Both the position numbers and the translations under genes were made by a program. Shown in pieces: positions 17,918-26,515 of a stretch of DNA of 64,000 nt. The stretch's first letter is position 1. Each line of letters opens with the position of its first letter. Under the pieces are notes generated by a model that was given only the letters and a program-made list of their open reading frames with translations, made no database searches and was not told the origin of the DNA. The stretch is taken from positions 186,001-250,000 of IMG/VR virus record IMGVR_UViG_3300050120_000230, one strand, 5' to 3'.

Positions 17918-18190
17918 ATGCCATCCATGGAACTAGATGCATCTGACATTCAATTGCTGGCCAAGGCCAAGCAAGGCCCCGTATATCGCGGGCTGTTCGG
18001 CTGGCCGATCAACTCGATGATCGGCCCCATGCGAATCCAACACATGGTAGACTACGGCTACCTGCAATTCATTTACGACTGGGGTAAGGATCGCCCGGCC
18101 GTCCGCATCACGTCGCTGGGAGACTGTCGCCTGCGAGAAGAGTTGGAGCGCGACGTGCAGATCGTTCGGGGCGTCGATATTCGCGTCTAA
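17918..18190 (+). CDS. hypothetical protein
   Basis: 90 aa; follows GAGGA. Confidence 0.65.
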   Translation: MPSMELDASDIQLLAKAKQGPVYRGLFGWPINSMIGPMRIQHMVDYGYLQFIYDWGKDRPAVRITSLGDCRLREELERDVQIVRGVDIRV

Positions 18191-18238
18191 GCGAAGAAAA
18201 ATATTGCAGCCCAATCTCGTATACCATATATTCAAATC

Positions 18239-18502
18239 TCGGGTCGGCCAAACGTGCACGTTCGGCTTTTCCGAGTTACGCCCGTCCAAGCGACCGCATG
18301 AGGACGTTAAACTAAAGGGTGGTGGCTTTTAGCCCGGTTGGGTCGAAACCGGCTCTTGTTTAGGGGACCAAGTTCAACATCCTCTGCGCTCGCTTGTGGC
18401 GCGATGGCGCTAGTCATCATTACAGGTCGGCCCCGCTCTGGGCCGCATTATGGGGTAAGCTACCCCTTGAAAGGCCCCGGCGTATGGCATCGCCGGGGCT
18501 TT
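18239..18502 (+). ncRNA. candidate structured non-coding RNA (~260 nt)
   Basis: TTGCAG-N17-TATATT promoter (18204-32), several hairpins, terminator 18474-18502, no credible ORF. Confidence 0.5.
18474..18502. terminator. probable bidirectional terminator
   Basis: AAAG-GCCCCGGCG-N8-CGCCGGGGC-TTT between convergent units. Confidence 0.7.
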
Positions 18503-18508
18503 GGCATG

Positions 18509-18757
18509 TCAGGGCGGATAATCCACCCAGAACCCCAGTTTGAACATCACGCCGTGTTCCGCTTCCGTGAAGAACATGAACGTGTTGTTCCATTCGGCAT
18601 CATAGCCACTGTGATCCGCCCAACGCAGAGCGCGCCCAATTTCTTCGGTAGTCGCCCTTCGACAGAGTATGTCGAAAAATGCGACGCGAAACGGATACTT
18701 CTCCGCGAACTCGCCCGTCGCTTCAGCCGTCCAAGAGACTTTGTAGGACGGAATCAC
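18509..18757 (-). CDS. hypothetical protein, FKL-motif family
   Basis: GTG start overlapping the upstream stop; ends FFTEAEHGVMFKLGFW. Confidence 0.6.
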   Translation of the reverse strand: MIPSYKVSWTAEATGEFAEKYPFRVAFFDILCRRATTEEIGRALRWADHSGYDAEWNNTFMFFTEAEHGVMFKLGFWVDYPP

Positions 18758-19152
18758 GCGGCCAGTTCCAACAGATCGTCTTTCAGATCGTTCATGAACT
18801 GGTTGGCCAACCGCACGGCATGATCGGAGTTGGCTTTCACGCCATCCGCCCAAACCTGCTGAAGCTTCGCATCGGTGAACACCTCGTCGGCACACGATGC
18901 ATGTAGCGCGTCTCGGCGTTTCTGAATGATCGCGACGGCCTGCCGCACGTCGCTCATCGTAAACTGGCTGGTGGCGATTTTGCCGAACAGTTTTGCTTCC
19001 AAAGCGGCCGGGCCAAGTTCATCTCGGCGGCGAGACTGCGCTTCGTGCTTGGCGCCATGGCGATTACCTCCCACGAGGTTCCACGCGTTCGACAGGTGGC
19101 TCAGGCGAGCCCGGTCGGAACTGGACAAGGTGATGACGGTTTCGATCTTCAT
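18754..19152 (-). CDS. hypothetical protein
   Basis: GGAGG RBS before the ATG at 19152. Confidence 0.7.
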   Translation of the reverse strand: MKIETVITLSSSDRARLSHLSNAWNLVGGNRHGAKHEAQSRRRDELGPAALEAKLFGKIATSQFTMSDVRQAVAIIQKRRDALHASCADEVFTDAKLQQVWADGVKANSDHAVRLANQFMNDLKDDLLELAA

Positions 19153-19203
19153 GGCGGCCTCCTTCATTTCCAGTATACCCCACATTCTGGAAATGATGAC
19201 CGC

Positions 19204-19536
19204 CTAGTAGGATTTTAATTTCGGAGGGTTTTCCATACCGGGCCAATGTGTCGGCTCCGGCATGGACTCGTCACTGAAGAACAGCCTGAACATCGCGCGG
19301 TCACGTTCGTCTCTAAAGGAGAACGATCCGTAGCGATTGCTCCACACCATATGGCTCTTCAAGTTGCGGTCGCACCAGTCGAGCATCTCGTTCATTTTCA
19401 CGCGACTGTAGGGCTGAGCCATCGACATCTTGTCCGTCGATGTCCAATATTCACAGGCCGGATAGAGACCGAACTCAAGCGAACCTTTGCGCTGCTGAAG
19501 TTCGTTGATCGGTTCGAGATACCAGAACTTGGCCAT
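19204..19536 (-). CDS. hypothetical protein, FKL-motif family
   Basis: FSFRDERDRAMFRLFF. Confidence 0.7.
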   Translation of the reverse strand: MAKFWYLEPINELQQRKGSLEFGLYPACEYWTSTDKMSMAQPYSRVKMNEMLDWCDRNLKSHMVWSNRYGSFSFRDERDRAMFRLFFSDESMPEPTHWPGMENPPKLKSY

Positions 19537-20186
19537 CAGGCTGCTTCCGGCTGTCTGAAGTCGAACGTCAGCCTGAACTCGACCATGTCGGTCAGGTTCT
19601 CGAACATGAAGCGATACGGTTGTTTCGCCTTGGAGTCCTCAATCTCGTCTTCATCGGGAAGCCAGACGGTCCACCGCCCGCCGTGACGGGTCCTGCCCCA
19701 AATATCGCGCGCGACTTGCCCGGCCGTGGCATGGCCGACCAAGAATACGGCGGTGTGGAACTCGACACCCGCCTTGATGGCGTCCTTGAGATGATCTTCA
19801 GGGATGAAGCCCGAATGTGGGTCCGTCCAGAACGGCGTCTTGAAGTCGTTGAAAACTGGCGGCAGGCCGCTGTTGAAACGTATGATCCGAACAGTCTGCA
19901 AGCGGTTCCTCGTGCGTTTCTTCAAATCCACCATCGGATCATGCCCTTTGGCGATCAACGCTTTGTCTATCTGCCGGTCGCGAGAGATGTCATTGAACAT
20001 ACCGAACGCACTGTCGCGCATGGTCTTTTCCAAGACCATCGTCTTGATGTATCTCTTGATCTCCTGCTTTTGAGCATGGAGATTGTTGATGCCGGGCGAG
20101 CGCCCGTATTCCATCAGTTCCGCGATCTCACGACCGCGAGTAGCCTTGCCTCTATACCATTCGAGGATTTCTTTGCGGTAAGGCAT
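19536..20186 (-). CDS. hypothetical protein, FKL-motif family
   Basis: TAATG coupling; ends FMFENLTDMVEFRLTF. Confidence 0.7.
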   Translation of the reverse strand: MPYRKEILEWYRGKATRGREIAELMEYGRSPGINNLHAQKQEIKRYIKTMVLEKTMRDSAFGMFNDISRDRQIDKALIAKGHDPMVDLKKRTRNRLQTVRIIRFNSGLPPVFNDFKTPFWTDPHSGFIPEDHLKDAIKAGVEFHTAVFLVGHATAGQVARDIWGRTRHGGRWTVWLPDEDEIEDSKAKQPYRFMFENLTDMVEFRLTFDFRQPEAA

Positions 20187-20788
20187 TAGGGGAACATCGA
20201 GACGGAAATGCCGTTCGCGGTCGCGATGTCCGCAGCATCTTTGAATTCGATTTTCTGCGACCAATACTCCCCACGATTGAACGACCACCCCACGCGGTTC
20301 CAGATCGCTTCACAGACCTCGGAGTCGGTGATGCCGGGGAACTTGTCTTCGAGGGGCGCCAGCTTGTCACGGGCCACGACGTAGGCCACCGTGGCTCGGG
20401 CTTCATCGTCCAACGCGACGGTGATGCCCTTGGCGGCACTCACGGCGTCTTTGACGATGGCGGCCACGGCCTTATCACCGGCGGGGCTACCGGCCGAGAA
20501 ACGGGTGGCTGACGGCGCGCGGTAGACCGGCGCGGGCGCTTCCATCAATTCGGCGACCCGGCCCGGCAGGCGGTCGATGGTCGTGGTCATAAGCCCCGAC
20601 ACGTCGAACTGTCCGGTCCTGCCATCAGGGAGAGTCCATTCGACGATGCCCTTCAGGCTGTAGGGCCGGATATATTCGATGGGGAACACGTCTTCGCCGA
20701 TGGTGAAGGTGATCTTCTCGCCGTCTACGAGCAGGATGATGGGAATGACGGTTTGACCGATGACCGCTTGGGTCTTCCACTCTCGCAT
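20186..20788 (-). CDS. hypothetical protein
   Basis: GGAG RBS; TTGACG-N16-TATCTT promoter at 20854-20827. Confidence 0.7.
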   Translation of the reverse strand: MREWKTQAVIGQTVIPIILLVDGEKITFTIGEDVFPIEYIRPYSLKGIVEWTLPDGRTGQFDVSGLMTTTIDRLPGRVAELMEAPAPVYRAPSATRFSAGSPAGDKAVAAIVKDAVSAAKGITVALDDEARATVAYVVARDKLAPLEDKFPGITDSEVCEAIWNRVGWSFNRGEYWSQKIEFKDAADIATANGISVSMFP

Positions 20789-20874
20789 TGTTTGCTCCTA
20801 GTTGGGCCGGACGTGCTTCAACGATCAAGATACCATTCTTCCTATTTCCGTCAACGAAAACGCTAAATAGGTAT

Positions 20875-21465
20875 ATGCGTGCTTTTGAAGTCCTGTGTGA
20901 AGGTTATCGATACGTCGGCAATTGCACAGACCGATCTACGGCTCCCCATCTTCAAGACATGATGGACAAGGCTCGACAAATCACCTACCGAACTTTTGTA
21001 AAGGCCGTGGGGCTGGACAGCCTGCGCGGTATCTTTGCTGACTATTCGTGGGGTCATCATCGCGGTGACCTTCGCATGAAGAACGATCCCTACGTCACGT
21101 ATTTCCGTAGTGTCTTCAACGGCGAGCAATGCTATTATGTCCGGCATTCGGGCATCGAATACATCTTCATCGACGACAAAGATGAGGTTGAGGACGCCGA
21201 TGCACCGGCCGCCATGCCGGTCTCGGCCAACGACTGGTCGATCACGGGCGATGGCCAACTTCATCGCGGTTTGGGACGTGCTCCGACATTCTACGGCACG
21301 AAGACCCCCACCTCGTTGACGATCAACAGCACAGAGCAGCCGAGCAAGAATGCGTCGCTGACCATGATGCGGATGATTAAGCAGTCGAAACTTGAAACGG
21401 TGACCTTCGCGGACGACGAAGAGCCCGCCAAAGAGACCCTACGCTGGCTCAACCAGTTCGTCTGA
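20875..21465 (+). CDS. late protein with capsid-targeting-like N-terminus
   Basis: TAAATA 20864-69, 5 nt before the ATG; starts MRAFEVLCEG. Confidence 0.7.
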   Translation: MRAFEVLCEGYRYVGNCTDRSTAPHLQDMMDKARQITYRTFVKAVGLDSLRGIFADYSWGHHRGDLRMKNDPYVTYFRSVFNGEQCYYVRHSGIEYIFIDDKDEVEDADAPAAMPVSANDWSITGDGQLHRGLGRAPTFYGTKTPTSLTINSTEQPSKNASLTMMRMIKQSKLETVTFADDEEPAKETLRWLNQFV

Positions 21466-21747
21466 GTCTTTCATCTTCTCGAAAATAAAGCTCGACAGGA
21501 GCCGTCCCTCAAAATTGGGGATGTGACGGTTCATCTCGGCTGTCGATTTTTGATGGATCGAGATTTCTTGAGTGCGCTGCATGTTCTTCAGCGCCGCAGT
21601 CTCGTTGCGATGACAGAACCACTTCAGGCTCAGTTTGTCGCCATCGGGGCGCCACTTGCCGAAATATTCCCAAATTTGCCCGTCAACTCTACCCCAGCCC
21701 CAAACGGTAGCGGTTTCGCGATCATATAGATGAAAATGCCAGTCCAT
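21439..21747 (-). CDS. hypothetical protein
   Basis: 102 aa; GGAG upstream. Confidence 0.55.
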   Translation of the reverse strand: MDWHFHLYDRETATVWGWGRVDGQIWEYFGKWRPDGDKLSLKWFCHRNETAALKNMQRTQEISIHQKSTAEMNRHIPNFEGRLLSSFIFEKMKDSDELVEPA

Positions 21748-21794
21748 TAGACTCCCCTTGCGGCAAAACTACAGCAAAGATTGTGCCAAGCAAG

Positions 21795-22172
21795 TTAGTC
21801 TGGACGGCGGACCAATGTCACCTGACGCTTGCGAACCCGGCGAGCGATAGTTTCTTGGAGGCTGACACATGGGCCAGCTTGGAGATCGAAGTTCTTACGG
21901 TCGAAATGCTTCAGGTAGGGGCGGAACGGTTTGAAGCGATCCTTCAGGAAAATGTTGATAGGAATTTGGCGGTTGCTACCCCACCACCATTCGAGCCCGT
22001 AGTTGAGGAATTGACGACGCAGTTTCTCGTCAGGAATCGAATCCAGCACATACATCGAGAGAAGTTGGTTATCCGAGTTCTGAATGATCCCAAGGTAGGG
22101 TGTGTCCAACAGCACACCATAGCTCAAGAATGGGAACTTCGTCAGGATAAGGGCGATGCGCTCGTCTTCCAT
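21795..22172 (-). CDS. conserved-looking phage protein
   Basis: start reassigned to the ATG at 22172; minus-strand TAAATA at 22201-06; KFPFLSYG...YLGIIQN. Confidence 0.65.
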   Translation of the reverse strand: MEDERIALILTKFPFLSYGVLLDTPYLGIIQNSDNQLLSMYVLDSIPDEKLRRQFLNYGLEWWWGSNRQIPINIFLKDRFKPFRPYLKHFDRKNFDLQAGPCVSLQETIARRVRKRQVTLVRRPD

Positions 22173-22249
22173 AAGACCAATACTGAAAGCTTTGTGGGGG
22201 TATTTATACTCGCACAAAACCACAACCTTTCGTCTCAAATAAATATCGG

Positions 22250-22846
22250 ATGCGCTATCACGAGATCATCAGAGAAGACACCGCCGTAGACGGCTTGATG
22301 AGCTATTGGGACCTCGTGGATTACTATGATTTGAAGGACGCTGCCGACAAACTACACGACGCATCGCTTCCATGGATTAATCGTAATGCGACTTCAGCAA
22401 TCGCCCGGCTCGCCACCAACAAAAAGATGCGTCTGCTCTCAAAGTTGAAACTATTTTGCTCCCTAGAAGGTCCGCGCAGCTATAGCGACAAATGGACGAC
22501 CCCCGAGGTGTTCGAGCACGTCTTGCACCAGCCCGTGACCATGTGGCGCGGCGGTGGTGGGGTCTACGATCCCAATTATGCCTACCCTCTGCCGTGGACG
22601 AGTTTCACGGTGAAGGAAGCCCGTTCGGAAACATTTTCGAAATATGACGGCACCCGCGCAACGCGAACTTTCAGGCTGCCACTCCGCGATCAATATTGGA
22701 TAATCAAGCTGACGATTCCCCTCGACAGCATTTTGCTTTATCTGCCCCACGGCTCGGATGAAGAAGTGATCGTCAGCACAGAGATCGCACGCGCCGCCGA
22801 ACTCGTTACCCAGACCAATACCGGGATGGCCAATGAGGTATCGTGA
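22250..22846 (+). CDS. ADP-ribosyltransferase-like protein (R-S-E type)
   Basis: MWRG, WTSFT, SDEEVIV; starts MRYHEIIRED; TAAATA 4 nt upstream. Confidence 0.6.
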   Translation: MRYHEIIREDTAVDGLMSYWDLVDYYDLKDAADKLHDASLPWINRNATSAIARLATNKKMRLLSKLKLFCSLEGPRSYSDKWTTPEVFEHVLHQPVTMWRGGGGVYDPNYAYPLPWTSFTVKEARSETFSKYDGTRATRTFRLPLRDQYWIIKLTIPLDSILLYLPHGSDEEVIVSTEIARAAELVTQTNTGMANEVS

Positions 22847-24071
22847 ACTCGTTGAGAGCCGCTCGGCTCCGCTCTACCACATCATGGAGTTCAAGAAGGC
22901 GATCAGCGTTTTCGAAGCAGATATGATGCCCGCCCGCTGGGAGCACTTGGTGCCGAAGATCGGCAAGCTGCTCGGGAACAGTTTCACCCGCAACAAAGAA
23001 TTCAAGAACCGGCTCGTGCGGATCACCGTTGACCAAGCCAGACTGGCACATACCCATCGCATCATCCCGGTCGATGGCGAACGCATTTTCATGCACACCA
23101 CGAAGAGCGCCGAAGACCCGACACCGGAGCGTGGTGAACTTTCTCTCGGCCGCCGAGGTGACCGCGATATGAACACCACACCACTCGCCGAAGAGTTCGT
23201 GGTCGGCGACATCAAGCAGCTTCACCGGTTCATCACCAAGATTGAAATCGGCACACCCAATTTCTCGGTTATCTCCGGCGCCAACGCCATTCACTTGTTG
23301 GAAACCACACAGGCATATGCCGCAAAATACGGTATCGAACTGGTCGTTTCCCAGCGGTTCATCGACAACGTGGAAGAGATCAAGCAACGGTGGGCCGATG
23401 AGGCTGCCGAAGACGAACTTGATGAGATGGCGCCGACCGATCAAATGCGCTCGACCACGTTCTACCATGGCACTGGCGGGACTGTGAACGCCAAGGCTAT
23501 CATGAAGCAGGGCCTCAAAGGGCGTGAGACGCAGGGCAAGAGTCACTTGGCCCCGGTCGCAGGTAAAGCCTATCTGTCGCAAGACCTACGCTATGCGATC
23601 ATCTATGCGCTCGGTGGAGACTATCTAGGCCATGCCACACCGAAGTTCGCCACCGAAAGCGGCGATCCGTATGGCTATCTGTTCGTGGTCAAGGGTGACA
23701 GCTTGGAGACGGCCCAGCCGGATGAAGACTCTGTCGGACAGTTCCTCTACGATTTCTATCACAAGTCCAAGGATGAGCAGATGGCTGATCCGCACGGCGT
23801 CTCAGTGGCGACTTTCATCGCCCAGTCTGTCACGGACGGCCAGCGCCGCGCCATTCGCGATGGAGAATACTCCTACTTTGCGGCCGGTGGGAAACGTGCT
23901 CTCAAGAAAATGCCAGATTGGATCAAAGAGTATCTGATAAAGCACGGCGCGCATGTTGCGGCGACTGGCAAGCTCATGCCGTCAGAAGTCTGGCGGATCG
24001 ACCGTCGCAAATCGGACAAGCTGGCCAAGGATGGTTCCAATTTCTTCGAGATCGCCAAACGAGTGAAGTGA
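22833..24071 (+). CDS. tandem ADP-ribosyltransferase-like domains
   Basis: domain 1 PLYH/NSFTR/AEEFV; domain 2 FYHGT/AYLS/YAIIYA; starts MRYRELVES; internal LDE-M junction. Confidence 0.6.
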   Translation: MRYRELVESRSAPLYHIMEFKKAISVFEADMMPARWEHLVPKIGKLLGNSFTRNKEFKNRLVRITVDQARLAHTHRIIPVDGERIFMHTTKSAEDPTPERGELSLGRRGDRDMNTTPLAEEFVVGDIKQLHRFITKIEIGTPNFSVISGANAIHLLETTQAYAAKYGIELVVSQRFIDNVEEIKQRWADEAAEDELDEMAPTDQMRSTTFYHGTGGTVNAKAIMKQGLKGRETQGKSHLAPVAGKAYLSQDLRYAIIYALGGDYLGHATPKFATESGDPYGYLFVVKGDSLETAQPDEDSVGQFLYDFYHKSKDEQMADPHGVSVATFIAQSVTDGQRRAIRDGEYSYFAAGGKRALKKMPDWIKEYLIKHGAHVAATGKLMPSEVWRIDRRKSDKLAKDGSNFFEIAKRVK

Positions 24072-24110
24072 CTTACATATCAGTCACAACGGCCTCTTAT
24101 GACTGATATG

Positions 24111-24404
24111 TCAGTCAGCGAAAAAATAGTGCCGGTTGGTGTCCTGATCGTAGATGATGTAGACACCATCGGCTTCTAGAAACTCGCACTCATGGCCGTC
24201 GATTTCTTGCTCAATATGTTCGTCCGGTGGGACGTTGGCATAGAACTCGTTCTCGGTGATGTGCTCTGCCTGTTGATCCGCGTATTGGAAGTCTTCTTCC
24301 GTAGCCCACGGCAGTTCGGGAACAATGCACCGTCCGGCATCGTCGAATGACGTAACGCACGTTCCAACGCAGTGATAGCCTTCTGCGATGATGACCGTCC
24401 TCAT
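24111..24404 (-). CDS. acidic hypothetical protein
   Basis: 97 aa; TAATG coupling. Confidence 0.65.
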   Translation of the reverse strand: MRTVIIAEGYHCVGTCVTSFDDAGRCIVPELPWATEEDFQYADQQAEHITENEFYANVPPDEHIEQEIDGHECEFLEADGVYIIYDQDTNRHYFFAD

Positions 24405-26188
24405 TAGAGCATGGTCATCAGCTTACGCCAGTTGTCCGTCAGACGCAGATCGAAGCACTGCTGGACAAGGCGGAAGTTGACCTGACGCTTGAGCTTGCCG
24501 GTCGTGTAGAGTTCGCGCAGATAGTCCATGACTTCCTGCTTCATTTCGTCGGTCAGACCGGGCGTCTTGATGTGTCCCTTGATCTTGTCGATGTAGTCCA
24601 ACATGTCAGCCGACGAGAAGTTCATGTTGATCGAGAAGGCGCGCGTCAGAATCGCGCTGTCCCACTCGGACTCATCCATGTTGGAAATGAAAATGATCCG
24701 GCCACGGAAGTCGATCTTGTTCGGAAGGTGACGTTCCAGATAGGCTTGTGTCTTCAGCAACAGGTTGTAGCTGTAGCGATACTTGCCGGTGCCGCCTTCG
24801 GCCTCGTCACCTTCCGGGGTTTCATCGTCATCGGGGATGTCGTCGAAGTCATCTTCATTCTTGCTGTTGATGACGTAGCGTTCGAACGTTTCCAGATCGC
24901 CTTCTTCGGGCTTGCCGCGCAGGATGCGGGAAATCTTCTCGACGTAGATGTCACGTTCTTTGGGTTCGAGAACGCCAGTGTTGATGGTGCCGCGAACGTC
25001 ATATGAGATTTCGCGAACAGGATCGGTGTCAAGCGCGCCCTTGAGCATGTTGACGGCGTTCTTGTCGTCCACGACGCTGTCGCAGTCATCGAAGATGACC
25101 ATGCCGTCGATCTGTTCGATCAGCGTGCGATAGAGGGCGACCGTGGTGATACGGCCCTTCTTGACGATGTAATTGACGCCGGGCTTCAGACCAAGTTCGT
25201 TGATCGTCTTCATGACGACGAACGTCTTACCCGATGACGGGGCGCCGGTGATGAGCAGGGACTTGATGAAGTTCGATTCGCCACCGGCGACCAGCTTCAC
25301 CTTGTCGTGCAGCATGTCATATTGTTCATCCATGCTGTCGCCCTTGCCACCGGTGGTTTCAAGTTCACGACCCAACATGCGCTCAAGCTGAGCAGAATAG
25401 TCTTCGAGACCGGGGATGCGGAACCACGCGCCCTTGGGTTTGCGGCCCATCAGATAGATTTTGCCCTGACCGGCAAGGCGGCGGACGGTCTTGGCCTTGG
25501 CCAGCGCCAAAGCATCTTGATAGGCCGGATCGACGGATGCGTCAGGCGCCTCGACCGGACCACCCATGGCTTTGCCAAGTTCGGTGTCGGTCTGATCGGG
25601 TTCACCAGCACCGTGACCGGAAAGGTTCCAGTGGTGGGCGTCCACTTTGTATTCGTTGCCCATGCGAACGTCGCCGGGAATTTGCACTTCGTTTTCGGCC
25701 GCCAGAGCCATCATCTGAGGCATCGTGATCTTGGACGCGCCAGCGTCGCCGAACTTGGCGACGGCCATACGCATGAACTCTTGGGCGTTCGAACGTCTCG
25801 CCATTTCATCGAGTTCGACGCTTTCGTTCACTTCGCCCTCTTTGCCAACGCTGGGATGATTGATCCATTCAGCGACTTGATCTGCCATTTGCAGGAAAGA
25901 ACCTGTCACAGGAATATCCAGAACATAGTCCGGTTCACGGCTGATGTCGAACTGTTCCCAGACATAAATGCTGTCAACTCCAATGGCGCCAGTCGAACGC
26001 GACCAAGCAAGACCAATGGCCTTGGTAGAGTTGCCGAGAACGTAAACAACACCAAGATGATCTTCGCCAAGTTCGTAGACGCGCTTCGGACCACCGACGC
26101 GTTCAAGTTGACCCAGCTTGTTTTGCAGGATGTTAGCCACGCTAAGCGGGAGACGAGAACTGTCACCTTGGAATTCAACTAGACGCAT
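24404..26188 (-). CDS. AAA+ ATPase with long N-terminal extension
   Basis: GAPSSGKT, VIFDDCD, IIFISN sensor 1, LTRA arginine finger; starts MRLVE; TAAATA at 26220-25 (minus). Confidence 0.85.
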   Translation of the reverse strand: MRLVEFQGDSSRLPLSVANILQNKLGQLERVGGPKRVYELGEDHLGVVYVLGNSTKAIGLAWSRSTGAIGVDSIYVWEQFDISREPDYVLDIPVTGSFLQMADQVAEWINHPSVGKEGEVNESVELDEMARRSNAQEFMRMAVAKFGDAGASKITMPQMMALAAENEVQIPGDVRMGNEYKVDAHHWNLSGHGAGEPDQTDTELGKAMGGPVEAPDASVDPAYQDALALAKAKTVRRLAGQGKIYLMGRKPKGAWFRIPGLEDYSAQLERMLGRELETTGGKGDSMDEQYDMLHDKVKLVAGGESNFIKSLLITGAPSSGKTFVVMKTINELGLKPGVNYIVKKGRITTVALYRTLIEQIDGMVIFDDCDSVVDDKNAVNMLKGALDTDPVREISYDVRGTINTGVLEPKERDIYVEKISRILRGKPEEGDLETFERYVINSKNEDDFDDIPDDDETPEGDEAEGGTGKYRYSYNLLLKTQAYLERHLPNKIDFRGRIIFISNMDESEWDSAILTRAFSINMNFSSADMLDYIDKIKGHIKTPGLTDEMKQEVMDYLRELYTTGKLKRQVNFRLVQQCFDLRLTDNWRKLMTML

Positions 26189-26212
26189 GTTTTGCCCTTG
26201 ACAGAAGTATAG

Positions 26213-26443
26213 ATGGTGATATTTATGTTAGATTGGAGGGATACAAACGTGTCCAGCTTCGAAAACTGCTCGCCGGAAGAAATCGCGGTCTTTGCGAAGA
26301 TCGCCGATGGGGAACCTGTGGAAAAACAGGACCCCGAGATCGTTCAACGACTGTTAGAACGAAATCTTCTGACCCACATCACATCGACAGACCTGACGGT
26401 CCCAGCCATGGTCTGGAACCAGTGGAATCACTTCAAGGGATGA
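26213..26443 (+). CDS. small hypothetical protein
   Basis: 76-aa ORF; TTGACA at 26198; exact start uncertain. Confidence 0.55.
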   Translation: MVIFMLDWRDTNVSSFENCSPEEIAVFAKIADGEPVEKQDPEIVQRLLERNLLTHITSTDLTVPAMVWNQWNHFKG

Positions 26444-26515
26444 CGTTCCAGAGGCGCTGCCCAAGGCCGCCTCCGTAGAAGTCTCTCAAGCCGTCTCCCT
26501 AGTCTAAATAAGGGC

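Noticed and set aside
18298-18315. MRTLN micro-ORF inside the candidate ncRNA, or a tmRNA tag frame
   Set aside because: No SD, no Ala-Ala-type tag ending and no tRNA-like domain
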